A stretch of DNA of 64,000 nucleotides from Negativicutes bacterium (GTDB lineage: Bacteria > Bacillota > Negativicutes > UBA1444), in assembly GCA_963665275.2 (NCBI GenBank), contig CAXXIN010000014.1, positions 64,001 to 128,000 of the forward strand, written 5' to 3'. Shown here one piece after another: positions 30,402 through 38,811 of this stretch. The notes beneath the pieces were generated by a model, which saw only the letters and a program-made list of their open reading frames with translations, had not been told where the DNA came from and did no database searches. Made by a program: the position numbers and the translations under genes. Positions within the stretch are counted from its first letter, which is position 1. Every line of letters begins with the position of its first letter.

Positions 30402-30671
30402 TTACTTAAACGAAATATGCACTTCTTTACCCAGCCCAGCTGCCACTCGCTTAAGAAATTTCAAGCTGGGGTTATAATTTCCGGATTCCAGGCGGCTGAT
30501 GTGAGCCTGATTGATTCCGGTTCGTCGGGCAAGTTCTTGTTGAGAAAGGTTCAATTCACTACGCCCGTCGATCATAGCGCGAATGATTTCATACTCCGGC
30601 TCCAGATCATCATAAGCCTTCTTGAATTCCGCATCTTGCATCAGTTGTTTTTTAAATTCATCAAAGTTCAT
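30402..30671 (-). CDS. HigA-like XRE HTH antitoxin
   Basis: LSQQELARRTGINQAHISRLESGNYNPSLKFLKRVAAGLG; overlaps the upstream toxin stop. Confidence 0.9.
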   Translation of the reverse strand: MNFDEFKKQLMQDAEFKKAYDDLEPEYEIIRAMIDGRSELNLSQQELARRTGINQAHISRLESGNYNPSLKFLKRVAAGLGKEVHISFK

Positions 30672-31015
30672 TTCGATGACCTCCTTTCGTAGTCGGCTTT
30701 ATATCGAAGCGCTTTTTCTATTTCTCTGGTCGGTGTTTTCTGCGTTTTCTTCACAAATCCATGGACTAAGATAATAGTTTCGTCAACGAAGAAGAAGTAA
30801 AAAATACGGGCCGCATCACCGGAAGTCTGTATTCGAAGCTCAAACAATCCTTCTTGAATGTGTTTTGAATAAGGCTCTCGTGGCTGATATCCGCGCTCCG
30901 CCAGAATATCAATATCGCGAACAGCTTTTGCTTTCAGGCTTTGTGGAAGATCTAGGATAAATTCGGCTACGGGTCGTTTTCCTGTCGGCGTTTCATAGAA
31001 AACAAGATTGAACAT
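30668..31015 (-). CDS. HigB/RelE (Gp49-like) toxin
   Basis: REPYSKHIQEGLFELRI, RIFYFF, LVHGFVKKTQKTP; toxin-first order; minus-strand TTGACT-N17-TAAAAT promoter over a near-palindrome at 31041-31060. Confidence 0.9.
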   Translation of the reverse strand: MFNLVFYETPTGKRPVAEFILDLPQSLKAKAVRDIDILAERGYQPREPYSKHIQEGLFELRIQTSGDAARIFYFFFVDETIILVHGFVKKTQKTPTREIEKALRYKADYERRSSK

Positions 31016-31095
31016 ATCCCGCCTCCCATGCAAACTCATTTTATGTCATATATGATATAAAGTCAACGAGGTGTGGGCACTAAAGGACCAGTCTG

Positions 31096-32313
31096 CTATT
31101 CGGCAGACTGGTCCTTTTCTATTTCAAACTTATATAGTTTGGCGACTTTTTGCGCCAATTTCACATCGTTGCCTGGAATAGCGTGCCCGTAAAGATCAAG
31201 AGTTGTGGAGGCTTTACTGTGCCCCAATCGTCGGGTGACCTCCATGATGTTTTCCCCACCAGCGAGAAGATCTGTTGCATGGGTGTGGCGAAGGGCATGA
31301 AACTTCTTGTGACGGGCAATAAGGGCTTCTTTTTGTTGGGCGAGTATGTTGGTATACTCTTCGGTATCTTTCTTGCCTTTTAACGCCTTACGCTGCGTTT
31401 CCAGTGCAATCCATTCCGGGTTGCAGTTGCGCTGCAATGAAGCAAACCATCGTTCGAAATTTTTAGGCTGGATAGGAGAACCGTTGGCGGCGGTAAAGCA
31501 TAGCTCTTGATCCATAGCTTTTTTGCGATAATTTTTGAGTATAATGGCCGTTTCTTTCGGAATGGGTATTCTTCGTTTGCTGGCCTTGGTTTTTGGTTGT
31601 TCAAAGATGATGCCTGTGCTTGCGTGCTGAAGTGTTTGCCGAATGTGGATGGTTTTCAATGCGAAATCCACATCTGACCACCGTAGCCCTAGGAGCTCTC
31701 CGAGTCTAGCCCCGGTATGTACGGCCAACAATAGAACTGGGTACCAACGATGAGGCTTTGCTTTTGCGAGTAGCGCCTCGATTTCAATCTTTGTAAATGT
31801 CGTTACTTCTTCTCGGACAACTTTAGGCACGGTTACAGCCTCTAGAGGATTGCTACCCAAAACACCGTCACGCATGGCTTGTCTCATCGCTGCATAGAGA
31901 AGATTATGCACTTTCTTTCTTGTTTCGCCAGAAAAATGGCCTAAATCGACATAAAGCGACTGAAAATGCGTTGGTTTCAAGTCCTGTAATTTGCATTCTG
32001 CTAAAGGCGCGACATGTTTGGCGGTGGCCAGTAATCGATCAAAACTTCGTTGGCGCAAATTTTGACGGCAGTATATGCGTAAGTACTCGGGAATCCATAC
32101 ACCTAGGGTAATGGCTGAAGTGGATATAAATGCTCCCTTGGCCATGTTGTGCAATTGTTCGTGAAGCCAATCGTGAGCATGCTTTTGCCCGGTTTCGGAG
32201 TCGGGGAATCTCTTTGACATACGATCACCACCGGGGGTGGTGATTTGGGCGCGGTAACCGCGTCCTTTTTCATAGTATACAGAGCCGGTATTGTTTAGGC
32301 GTTTTTTGGGCAT
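31096..32313 (-). CDS. int: Tyrosine integrase
   Basis: HTGARLGELLGLRWSD (R), PKTKAS (K), FHALRHTHAT (HxxR), RLGHS, LDLYGH (Y). Confidence 0.96.
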   Translation of the reverse strand: MPKKRLNNTGSVYYEKGRGYRAQITTPGGDRMSKRFPDSETGQKHAHDWLHEQLHNMAKGAFISTSAITLGVWIPEYLRIYCRQNLRQRSFDRLLATAKHVAPLAECKLQDLKPTHFQSLYVDLGHFSGETRKKVHNLLYAAMRQAMRDGVLGSNPLEAVTVPKVVREEVTTFTKIEIEALLAKAKPHRWYPVLLLAVHTGARLGELLGLRWSDVDFALKTIHIRQTLQHASTGIIFEQPKTKASKRRIPIPKETAIILKNYRKKAMDQELCFTAANGSPIQPKNFERWFASLQRNCNPEWIALETQRKALKGKKDTEEYTNILAQQKEALIARHKKFHALRHTHATDLLAGGENIMEVTRRLGHSKASTTLDLYGHAIPGNDVKLAQKVAKLYKFEIEKDQSAE

Positions 32314-32328
32314 AGGTCCTCCGCAAAG

Positions 32329-32988
32329 TTAATAATTTGCCAAAAACTTAATTTTTTCTTCTGATGGCCAGTTCAAGTAATTTGCAATGAAATCCTCGTG
32401 TCCGCTAGGATATTCTTTTAAGGCAATACTACCGTCATCACCCAAACACATTTTTTTGTAGCGACTCATGACCGTCCATGCGTCTTTAACGGACACAATA
32501 ATATCAGTACGGTGGAGACCAGTCTCTAATTTTGATATTTCATAGCCAAGATTAAAGAATGTGTTAATTAGACTAACAAATCCCAAAAACTCGAAGCTTC
32601 CTAAGGAGGTTTGAGTTTTTTCTATCAAATCTCCTTCCGCATCATGGACAAAGAAAAAGGGTGTCCCGGGATGCATCGGAAAATAGCCAAAAGAATACCT
32701 AAACGAGCCTTCTACTACAGTGCCGTTGCTTGAGCGCAGATTGCGATATTGCATCATCCCGTCTGGCTCAGAAAAAAGGCGCGATTTGCGCCCGACAAGA
32801 TAGTCTAAAGACACATTGAAAAAATTGGCAAGAGTGATAATAACATCTAACGGCGGTAATCGAATAGCGGTTTCCCAATGGCCGACTCCTTGCTTCGAGT
32901 GCGAAAGTATGTTGCCAAGTTGTTCAAGCGTTAGATTGCGCTCTAACCGAAGCTCCTTTAGACGTTTGCCGAAAATATTTTGTGACAC
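32329..32988 (-). CDS. XRE-family repressor (CI/Stl-like) with an unrecognised C-terminal domain
   Basis: FGKRLKELRLERNLTLEQLG...WETAIRLP...LANFFNVSLDYLVG; GTG start after GGAGG. Confidence 0.88.
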   Translation of the reverse strand: MSQNIFGKRLKELRLERNLTLEQLGNILSHSKQGVGHWETAIRLPPLDVIITLANFFNVSLDYLVGRKSRLFSEPDGMMQYRNLRSSNGTVVEGSFRYSFGYFPMHPGTPFFFVHDAEGDLIEKTQTSLGSFEFLGFVSLINTFFNLGYEISKLETGLHRTDIIVSVKDAWTVMSRYKKMCLGDDGSIALKEYPSGHEDFIANYLNWPSEEKIKFLANY

Positions 32989-33003
32989 ACAAAATCCTCC
33001 CTA

Positions 33004-33060
33004 TTGACCGTCTACCAATTGTAGACTATTATATAGGCAAGTGGTCTACAAAATGTAGAC
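33004..33060. promoter_or_regulatory. Genetic switch: sigma-A promoter with two 17-bp palindromic operators
   Basis: TTGACC-N17-TATTAT; GTCTACcaattGTAGAC (33010-33026) fills the spacer; GTCTACaaaatGTAGAC at 33044-33060. Confidence 0.8.
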
Positions 33061-33084
33061 AATAATGATTCGGGGGCAATAATT

Positions 33085-33276
33085 ATGAAGAGAATTAGAC
33101 TGATTGCTGCAAGAAAAAAACAAAAAATGACCCAAAAGCAAGTTGCACTTGCAATTGGACTAAAAACACGGCAAGCCTATTCACATATTGAGCTTGGGCG
33201 AAGAGGTACTTCTGTGCAAAAATGGGATGCGGTCGAAGATCTTTTTGGGATCGATCAGCGCATTTTACGCAAATGA
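33085..33276 (+). CDS. Cro/Str-like small HTH regulator
   Basis: ARKKQKMTQKQVALAIG..RQAYSHIELGRR; divergent from the repressor. Confidence 0.88.
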   Translation: MKRIRLIAARKKQKMTQKQVALAIGLKTRQAYSHIELGRRGTSVQKWDAVEDLFGIDQRILRK

Positions 33277-33332
33277 TTAATTAGAGATTATCACATTGTG
33301 CTTAGAAAACATAGGTTTTGAGGTGATTTTGA

Positions 33333-33665
33333 TTGGATACAACAGATGCCCATACTCCTGCTTTTGCGTTTCCAGCTAAATTTGCGAAAATAACTGGTTT
33401 GTCTGCGAAAGAAGTGCGGCGGCTGTGTTTACAAAAAGTTCTACCCAACGAAAAGACGCGAAAAGGCTTTCGAATTGATGTAGAGGCGGGCTTGATAGTT
33501 TTGCATGAACGTGCAGCAGGATTTGTCGGACATGATTGGCGATATAACCAACGAGATATCCCTTCGAGTCCACAGTATAAGAAGAAACAGAAAACAAAAG
33601 TGGCAGACGGGTTCATTACTGCACTTAATGCATTAAAAGGTGGTAATGATCATGGAAGAAATTAA
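33333..33665 (+). CDS. Excisionase-like DNA-binding protein
   Basis: FAKITGLSAKEVRRLCLQKVLP..K..KGFRID resembles HTH_17/Xis; position after Cro fits. Confidence 0.6.
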   Translation: MDTTDAHTPAFAFPAKFAKITGLSAKEVRRLCLQKVLPNEKTRKGFRIDVEAGLIVLHERAAGFVGHDWRYNQRDIPSSPQYKKKQKTKVADGFITALNALKGGNDHGRN

Positions 33666-34464
33666 ATGGATCAAAATTACGACTGGTGTATTTGATAACC
33701 GAAAAATCAAACAAATTGATGCCCTTCCAGATTCAGATTCGATATTGGTCATTTGGTTTAAATTGTTGTGTCTGGCCGGTACCGTAAATGAGCGTGGATA
33801 CTTACTTATGACAGATAACATAGCGTATACGGATGAAATGTTGGCTGGCGAATTTAAACGCTCCTTGAACACCGTGCGGTTTGCTCTTCTAACATTTCAA
33901 AAATTTGGGATGATTGAACTTGATGTCGCTCCCCAAGACCAAAAAGTTATTCGTGTGAAAAACTGGGAAAAGTATCAAAGTGTTGACGGGATGGAGAAAG
34001 TAAAAATGCAATCCCGAGGCCGTTCAAAAAAATATAGAGACACGCAAAAGTTATTATTGTTGGAAGCCAAAGGAAGTAATGACCGTCACGTGACGCGTGA
34101 TGTGACGCATCACGATGAAATCACGTCACGTCACCCAACAGAGAGAGAGAAAGAGGAAGAGAAAGATACTACTCTCTCTATTACAGATGAAACTGTGGAT
34201 AAGTTGATAGAAACATTGCGAAACAATGAAATAAAAGTTATCAATGAACGAGACCTCAAGACGATCAAGGAATGGCTGTATATTTATAAAATTGAGCAAA
34301 TCGAGAATGCCATTGCCCAAAGCCGGGAAAGTGGTGCGGAGTATATCTCATCCGTTGATAAAAAATTAAAAGGGAGCGCTGTGGATGGAATCAAAAGACA
34401 AAAACAAAGACATGGAACAGCTCTTTGCAAGAATCCTAACCCGGACTACACACAATCTCTCTAA
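33652..34464 (+). CDS. Phage replisome-organizer-type replication initiator
   Basis: IKWIKITTGVFDNRKIK, VIWFKLLCLAG, YTDEMLA, NTVRFAL..F..FGMIE, NWEKYQ; DnaD-like C-terminus. Confidence 0.9.
   Translation: MEEIKWIKITTGVFDNRKIKQIDALPDSDSILVIWFKLLCLAGTVNERGYLLMTDNIAYTDEMLAGEFKRSLNTVRFALLTFQKFGMIELDVAPQDQKVIRVKNWEKYQSVDGMEKVKMQSRGRSKKYRDTQKLLLLEAKGSNDRHVTRDVTHHDEITSRHPTEREKEEEKDTTLSITDETVDKLIETLRNNEIKVINERDLKTIKEWLYIYKIEQIENAIAQSRESGAEYISSVDKKLKGSAVDGIKRQKQRHGTALCKNPNPDYTQSL
34085..34134. repeat. Iteron-like cluster (probable origin) inside the rep gene
   Basis: GTCACGTGACGCGTGATGTGACGCATCACGATGAAATCACGTCACGTCAC: dense TCAC/GTGA units followed by an AG-rich tract. Confidence 0.6.
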
Positions 34465-35443
34465 TGAAGTCGCGGAAACTATAGTTTCGCAAGAAGAGAA
34501 AGAATGGTTACGAAAATTGGAAAGAGCCGGAGTGCAAAAGCGCTATCAAGGATGCACGATCGACAAACTTTTTGAAAAAAAGGTTTCAACACAAATTAAT
34601 GATTCCATAGCTCCCAAAACTGGTGTGTTAATAAACAAGTGGGCAATTGCTAGCAAGCAAGAACTTGAGCGAATTGAGAGGCGGTATACTGCAGGCAGAA
34701 TAGTTGAACTGCGAGCAAAGTCCATCGCCGGGAACTTCGATTTATTCCACCTGCAAAAAATACATAAGCAAATCTTTCAGGATATATATGCATGGGCAGG
34801 AAAAATCCGTAGGGTGAACATCTCCAAGGGGGACGTGTTTTGCCTGCCGGAGCATATTGAGGGAGCCTCAGGCGACATCTTTCGAAAGCTAGACCGGCAA
34901 AACCACCTGAAAGAATTAAACGAGGCGGATTTTGCTGCCAAGGCAGGTGAACTGCTTTCCGACCTGAACCACCTTCACCCCTTCCGGGAAGGCAACGGTC
35001 GATCGCAGCGAGAATTTATCAGCCAGCTGGCTGAAGAAAACGGATATCATCTTGATTGGGAGAAGATATCCAAGGAGCGAATGATCGAAGCATCCATTGA
35101 AGGCATGCGGGCCAAAGACGACAAGCTGAAGGTAATATTCCGAGAAATCATTTCTCAGGCAACGAATCAAGAATCCAGATATGTAGGGCAGCAGGTCCGG
35201 CCAACGAAAGGAAAAACAATAATGCGTGAATCAATAGCGGAATCCGTGCGGCAGGCAATAGCTAGTCTGCGCATGGAGGGATTGGATCTTGCGCCAGAAG
35301 AAATCGCCGACCTTGAGCGTGTTGCAAGAGGTGAAAATCTTATTGAGCAACATATTGCGGATCTCAATGCATGGGTTAAACTACGTCGGACCGAACACCC
35401 TGAACTGTGTACTGCGAGAAACCGGAGAAATGATGAAAAATAA
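34385..35443 (+). CDS. FicT/VbhT-like Fic protein with a helicase-loader-like N-terminus and a fused C-terminal VbhA/FicA-like inhibitor
   Basis: LERAGVQKRYQGCT; FDLFHLQKIHKQIFQDIYAWAGKIRRVNISKG; HPFREGNGRSQR; C-terminal SVRQAIASLRMEG...LERVARGE. Confidence 0.85.
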   Translation: MESKDKNKDMEQLFARILTRTTHNLSNEVAETIVSQEEKEWLRKLERAGVQKRYQGCTIDKLFEKKVSTQINDSIAPKTGVLINKWAIASKQELERIERRYTAGRIVELRAKSIAGNFDLFHLQKIHKQIFQDIYAWAGKIRRVNISKGDVFCLPEHIEGASGDIFRKLDRQNHLKELNEADFAAKAGELLSDLNHLHPFREGNGRSQREFISQLAEENGYHLDWEKISKERMIEASIEGMRAKDDKLKVIFREIISQATNQESRYVGQQVRPTKGKTIMRESIAESVRQAIASLRMEGLDLAPEEIADLERVARGENLIEQHIADLNAWVKLRRTEHPELCTARNRRNDEK

Positions 35444-36020
35444 CCCTAACCCGTCACTTATCTTGCCCATGCCAGGAAAAAATAACCAATGCGTAAAGAA
35501 ATATTTGGTACAAATGCGTAAAATCCCCGCACCACTGGTCAGCGAGGTGATCCGACAAGGCAAAGTATATGAAGATCAGCACAAACGCTGCATTTTTGTG
35601 TCACACGACCCAGACGGCAACCCGATGGGGGCTTATATACGCGGCACATACCATGTGCTCGATAAAATCGTCAACAGCGCCAAGGGTCATGATGGCACAT
35701 GGGGATGGCGAATCGGCGATCTAGAATACCGCGCCAAGTTGATAGTCGTTGAGAGCCCTATCGACGCCATGAGCTACAAAGTGCTTTTTAATCCCAAAGC
35801 GATCATTTTAGCCATCGGTGGGCTAAACCTCAAATGTCTAAAGACTGTGGCTGCCTGGCTGCAGCCGGAATATATTACCGTGGCTGTGGATAATGACCCG
35901 GCTGGGGTACAATTTCGACAAACTTGTGCCAAACTGTTTCTTGACGCTGCTGTCGAACATCAGGTTCCAAAGTATAAGGACTGGAACGAGGATTTGATTA
36001 TGGGCGGGCTGCTGGCTTAA
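35430..36020 (+). CDS. Toprim-domain primase-like protein (DUF3991/Toprim_2-like)
   Basis: KYLVQMRKIP, LIVVESPIDAMSY, VAVDNDPAG, KDWNEDL. Confidence 0.85.
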   Translation: MMKNNPNPSLILPMPGKNNQCVKKYLVQMRKIPAPLVSEVIRQGKVYEDQHKRCIFVSHDPDGNPMGAYIRGTYHVLDKIVNSAKGHDGTWGWRIGDLEYRAKLIVVESPIDAMSYKVLFNPKAIILAIGGLNLKCLKTVAAWLQPEYITVAVDNDPAGVQFRQTCAKLFLDAAVEHQVPKYKDWNEDLIMGGLLA

Positions 36021-36272
36021 TTCTGTGCGAGGTTTCGTAATGGGCAAAAACCTTTGTCTTATCGTGTGCAAATAAGTAACAAAATAGTTTATTTCAAACA
36101 AATGGGGAAAGCATGAATTGGAATCAGTTATTATCGGTTTTCAAAGATGCGCAAAGGTTGAAAGATCGGTTCAGCCGACATTCTCGCTCATGGGGCGTGT
36201 TGAAGTCGTCGACGTGGATATCCTGCAGACCGCGACCGGAGAACCGGAGAATAGCGAAGCCGCATAAAAACA

Positions 36273-36298
36273 GCGAGGCCGCCGAAAGGCGGCCTCGC
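36273..36298. terminator. Strong GC hairpin with GAAA loop ending the replication operon
   Basis: GCGAGGCCGCC-GAAA-GGCGGCCTCGC; poly-T tract weak on the + strand. Confidence 0.6.
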
Positions 36299-36348
36299 AT
36301 TGTTCAAACCGGGAGTTGTTTTGGTTGAAGCACTACAGATTAGTTCGG

Positions 36349-36451
36349 CATACCCCACAAATTCGTCGTTTGTTTTGCTTTGTGGGGTATGTTGTATTGG
36401 CTTGCATTCATACCCCACAATGGATATAATTTGATTAACTTGTGGGGTATG
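36349..36451 (+). promoter_or_regulatory. Promoter with two identical inverted-repeat operators at 60-bp period
   Basis: CATACCCCACAA-N19-TTGTGGGGTATG at 36349-36391 and 36409-36451; TTGCAT (36402)-N17-TATAAT (36425). Confidence 0.85.
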
Positions 36452-36466
36452 AAGAGGTGAAGGATC

Positions 36467-36802
36467 ATGTCGCAACAACAAAAGGAAAATAAGCCTGTGG
36501 TAATTCACGGAGTGCTGCGCGATGAATATGAACGAATAGGCCGCATGGTGGAAATACACCGGGCGGAAATAGCAAAAATGCCGAAAGGCGTTGTTCGAGA
36601 AAAGCGGGTACAGGGACGTGTTTATCGTTACTTGCACTTTCGCGATTCGGACGGAAAAGTTAAAGATGTTTACATCAAGGGAGGCGATTCCGCAATCGCT
36701 GCAGTGAAGGATCAAGTTGCTCAGCGCAAACAGCGGGAAAGCGCTTTGAAGCAGTTTCGTCGGGAACAAAAAGAGATTGAAAGGATCTTGAAGAAAAAAT
36801 GA
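36467..36802 (+). CDS. Small basic DNA-binding/antitoxin-like protein (DUF6788-like)
   Basis: MPKGVVREKRVQGRVYRYLHFRDSDGKVKDVYI plus coiled coil; ATGA overlap with the next gene. Confidence 0.7.
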   Translation: MSQQQKENKPVVIHGVLRDEYERIGRMVEIHRAEIAKMPKGVVREKRVQGRVYRYLHFRDSDGKVKDVYIKGGDSAIAAVKDQVAQRKQRESALKQFRREQKEIERILKKK

Positions 36803-37494
36803 TTTCTGTTGCGCAAAAAGCTTCTTTCCACGAAATATTAACGATTCTGTCGGAGCATGGGCTGCTGGATCATCTTATATTGATTGGTAGTTGGGCCGAA
36901 TTCATTTATGAGGCATCCGGAACTCTCGGTACCTTTGAAGCAAATCTGCGTACTCGTGACTATGATTTTTTTGTTCCCAATGCAGCCAGGCCATCGCCGC
37001 CGGTTAATTTGAAAGAGATTCTGAGTTCGCATGGATGGATTGCGATGGATGATCCCATGACGGGCGCTACAAAATTTCTCAAAACAACCGAAACGATGGA
37101 CGTGTTTGAAGTCGAATTTTTGGTTGGAATGCGGGGGAAAGGGTGCGAATCTATTTTTCCGGTAAAATCCTTGGCAATAAAAGGGCAAAGCCTGCGGGAG
37201 CTAAATATGCTGGATGAAGAGCCGCTGGAAATTCAGTATGGGAAGCAGCTTTTGCGAGTGCCGAGCCCGGTTCAATATGTGTTGCACAAGATATTGATTA
37301 ACCCGTCAAGGTTAACTGAAGAAAAGCAACTAAAAGATATCCAGGCGGTTCGGAATCTATTGGACAATATGAGAACCAATGTATGGCGGAGCTCGCTGAA
37401 TAGAGCTTATGGAGTTTTAACCAAAAAACAAAAGAAGGTTATAAAAGAAGTGACGGCTTCACAGGCACTTTATCTGGGGTTTGAGCTCGATTGA
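36799..37494 (+). CDS. GSU2403-like nucleotidyltransferase-fold protein (AbiEii/MenT-related)
   Basis: LILIGSWA, LRTRDYDFFV, EVEFL, VPSPVQYVLHKIL, KQLKD. Confidence 0.8.
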   Translation: MISVAQKASFHEILTILSEHGLLDHLILIGSWAEFIYEASGTLGTFEANLRTRDYDFFVPNAARPSPPVNLKEILSSHGWIAMDDPMTGATKFLKTTETMDVFEVEFLVGMRGKGCESIFPVKSLAIKGQSLRELNMLDEEPLEIQYGKQLLRVPSPVQYVLHKILINPSRLTEEKQLKDIQAVRNLLDNMRTNVWRSSLNRAYGVLTKKQKKVIKEVTASQALYLGFELD

Positions 37495-37566
37495 TTCATT
37501 TGGCAGACTGTTTTTTCTGTGCCATTCATTTAGGAAGTGGAAATTTATAATTGTGGAGGGAGATAG

Positions 37567-38343
37567 ATGGGGGAAAAAGATTTTTCCGCATTAAATTCAT
37601 CGGATACAATGGACGACATGAGTAAAATATGGAGATACATGGATATGGCAAAGTTCGTCTCCATGCTGTTAGAAGAAGCGCTATATTTTGCATGTCCCTG
37701 TGAATTTGTCGACCCGTATGAAGGTTATCTCCCTAAAAGCTATATGGAAAATTTAAAGCAAAAGAGAGAATGGGATTTAGACTTTATGCGCCACTCGGCG
37801 GCATGGGATAACGATGAAAACCTTCGGAACGAATATGCCAAACTGCAAAATGACCTTGAAGAGAATCTGAATAGAGCGCCTTTTGAGGCAGCATGTAAAT
37901 TTGGAGTGAACTGTTGGCATGCAAGCGAGTATGAATCAGAAGCAATGTGGAAAATGTATTCATCGTATGGGATAGCTATAGAGTCAACAATTGGACAGTT
38001 AAGAAATTCGATACTCAACAAAGAACATTTAAGAATTGCCAATGTTAGATATGCAGATTTTGAAAAAGACCAAATTGAACAAGGGCATAGACACTATGCG
38101 CTATTTATGAAAAGAAAGTCTTTTGAACATGAAAAAGAACTGCGCGCAACGGTGCTGCTCGAAAAAGAAAAACAAGGCGTTCTTATGAAATGTGATTTAG
38201 ATACTTTGATCACCAGAATTCACATATCTCCTTTCGACAAGCCATATTTTAAAAAGATCATAGAAAATCTCTGTTCCGGAAAACTAAGCAATATTCGGAA
38301 GCCCGTTATTCAATCAACATTATTCGATAAACCTTATTTATAG
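37567..38343 (+). CDS. DUF2971-like protein
   Basis: IWRYMD..KF..LYF...F.DPYEG, NCWH...ESEAMWKMY, KRKSFEHEKELR, IHISP. Confidence 0.75.
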   Translation: MGEKDFSALNSSDTMDDMSKIWRYMDMAKFVSMLLEEALYFACPCEFVDPYEGYLPKSYMENLKQKREWDLDFMRHSAAWDNDENLRNEYAKLQNDLEENLNRAPFEAACKFGVNCWHASEYESEAMWKMYSSYGIAIESTIGQLRNSILNKEHLRIANVRYADFEKDQIEQGHRHYALFMKRKSFEHEKELRATVLLEKEKQGVLMKCDLDTLITRIHISPFDKPYFKKIIENLCSGKLSNIRKPVIQSTLFDKPYL

Positions 38344-38474
38344 GCGACTGGCATGCTTACAGAGTCGGATTGCCATTTGTGGCAGTATTTCTCTTAAGCC
38401 GATGTGCATAATGTCTCTGGAAGACAGTTTATATATTTCCTTCGAAAAAGGGCACGTTTTTACATGAAGGCTCT

Positions 38475-38547
38475 GTTCGCAAAAGTATACTTTTGCGAAC
38501 GGAGGAAAAGTGCGTTCGTAAATGCTTTATAAAATGGTTTACGAACG
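38475..38547. other. Paired palindromes resembling serine-resolvase res subsites
   Basis: Perfect 26-bp GTTCGCAAAAGTATACTTTTGCGAAC, then CGTTCGTAAA-N15-TTTACGAACG. Confidence 0.5.
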
Positions 38548-38811
38548 TTCGCGGTGAGTCATGGACATTTATGGGCGGAAGATAGTGCTCATATCATTTT
38601 CTTGCCCAAATTAATAGCTGGCTTGAATCCGTGGGGTATTTCAAGGGGGTGATGCTTGTAAGGAGGATTCTGTAGAAACAAGAGGAATAATGACTAACAT
38701 AGCTGATTGATTTGGTGTGCAAGCCTTACATATAGAGACAGTCAGAAACGGATTTTAAAACTTGCATTTTGCTTTGTAACAAGTGCAATAAATATGAAGT
38801 GAGGCAATCAG

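Noticed and set aside
36113-36328. 71-aa ORF after the Toprim gene
   Set aside because: It runs through the strong hairpin and has no recognisable motif; not supportable.
36349-36451. 60-bp periodic repeats as a mini CRISPR array
   Set aside because: Only two units, each an inverted pair of 12-mers overlapping a promoter, and no cas genes. It fits operators.
38631-38639. GTGGGGTAT upstream of the RT matching the NTase-operon operator half-site
   Set aside because: Only 9 bp with no partner half-site; could be chance.
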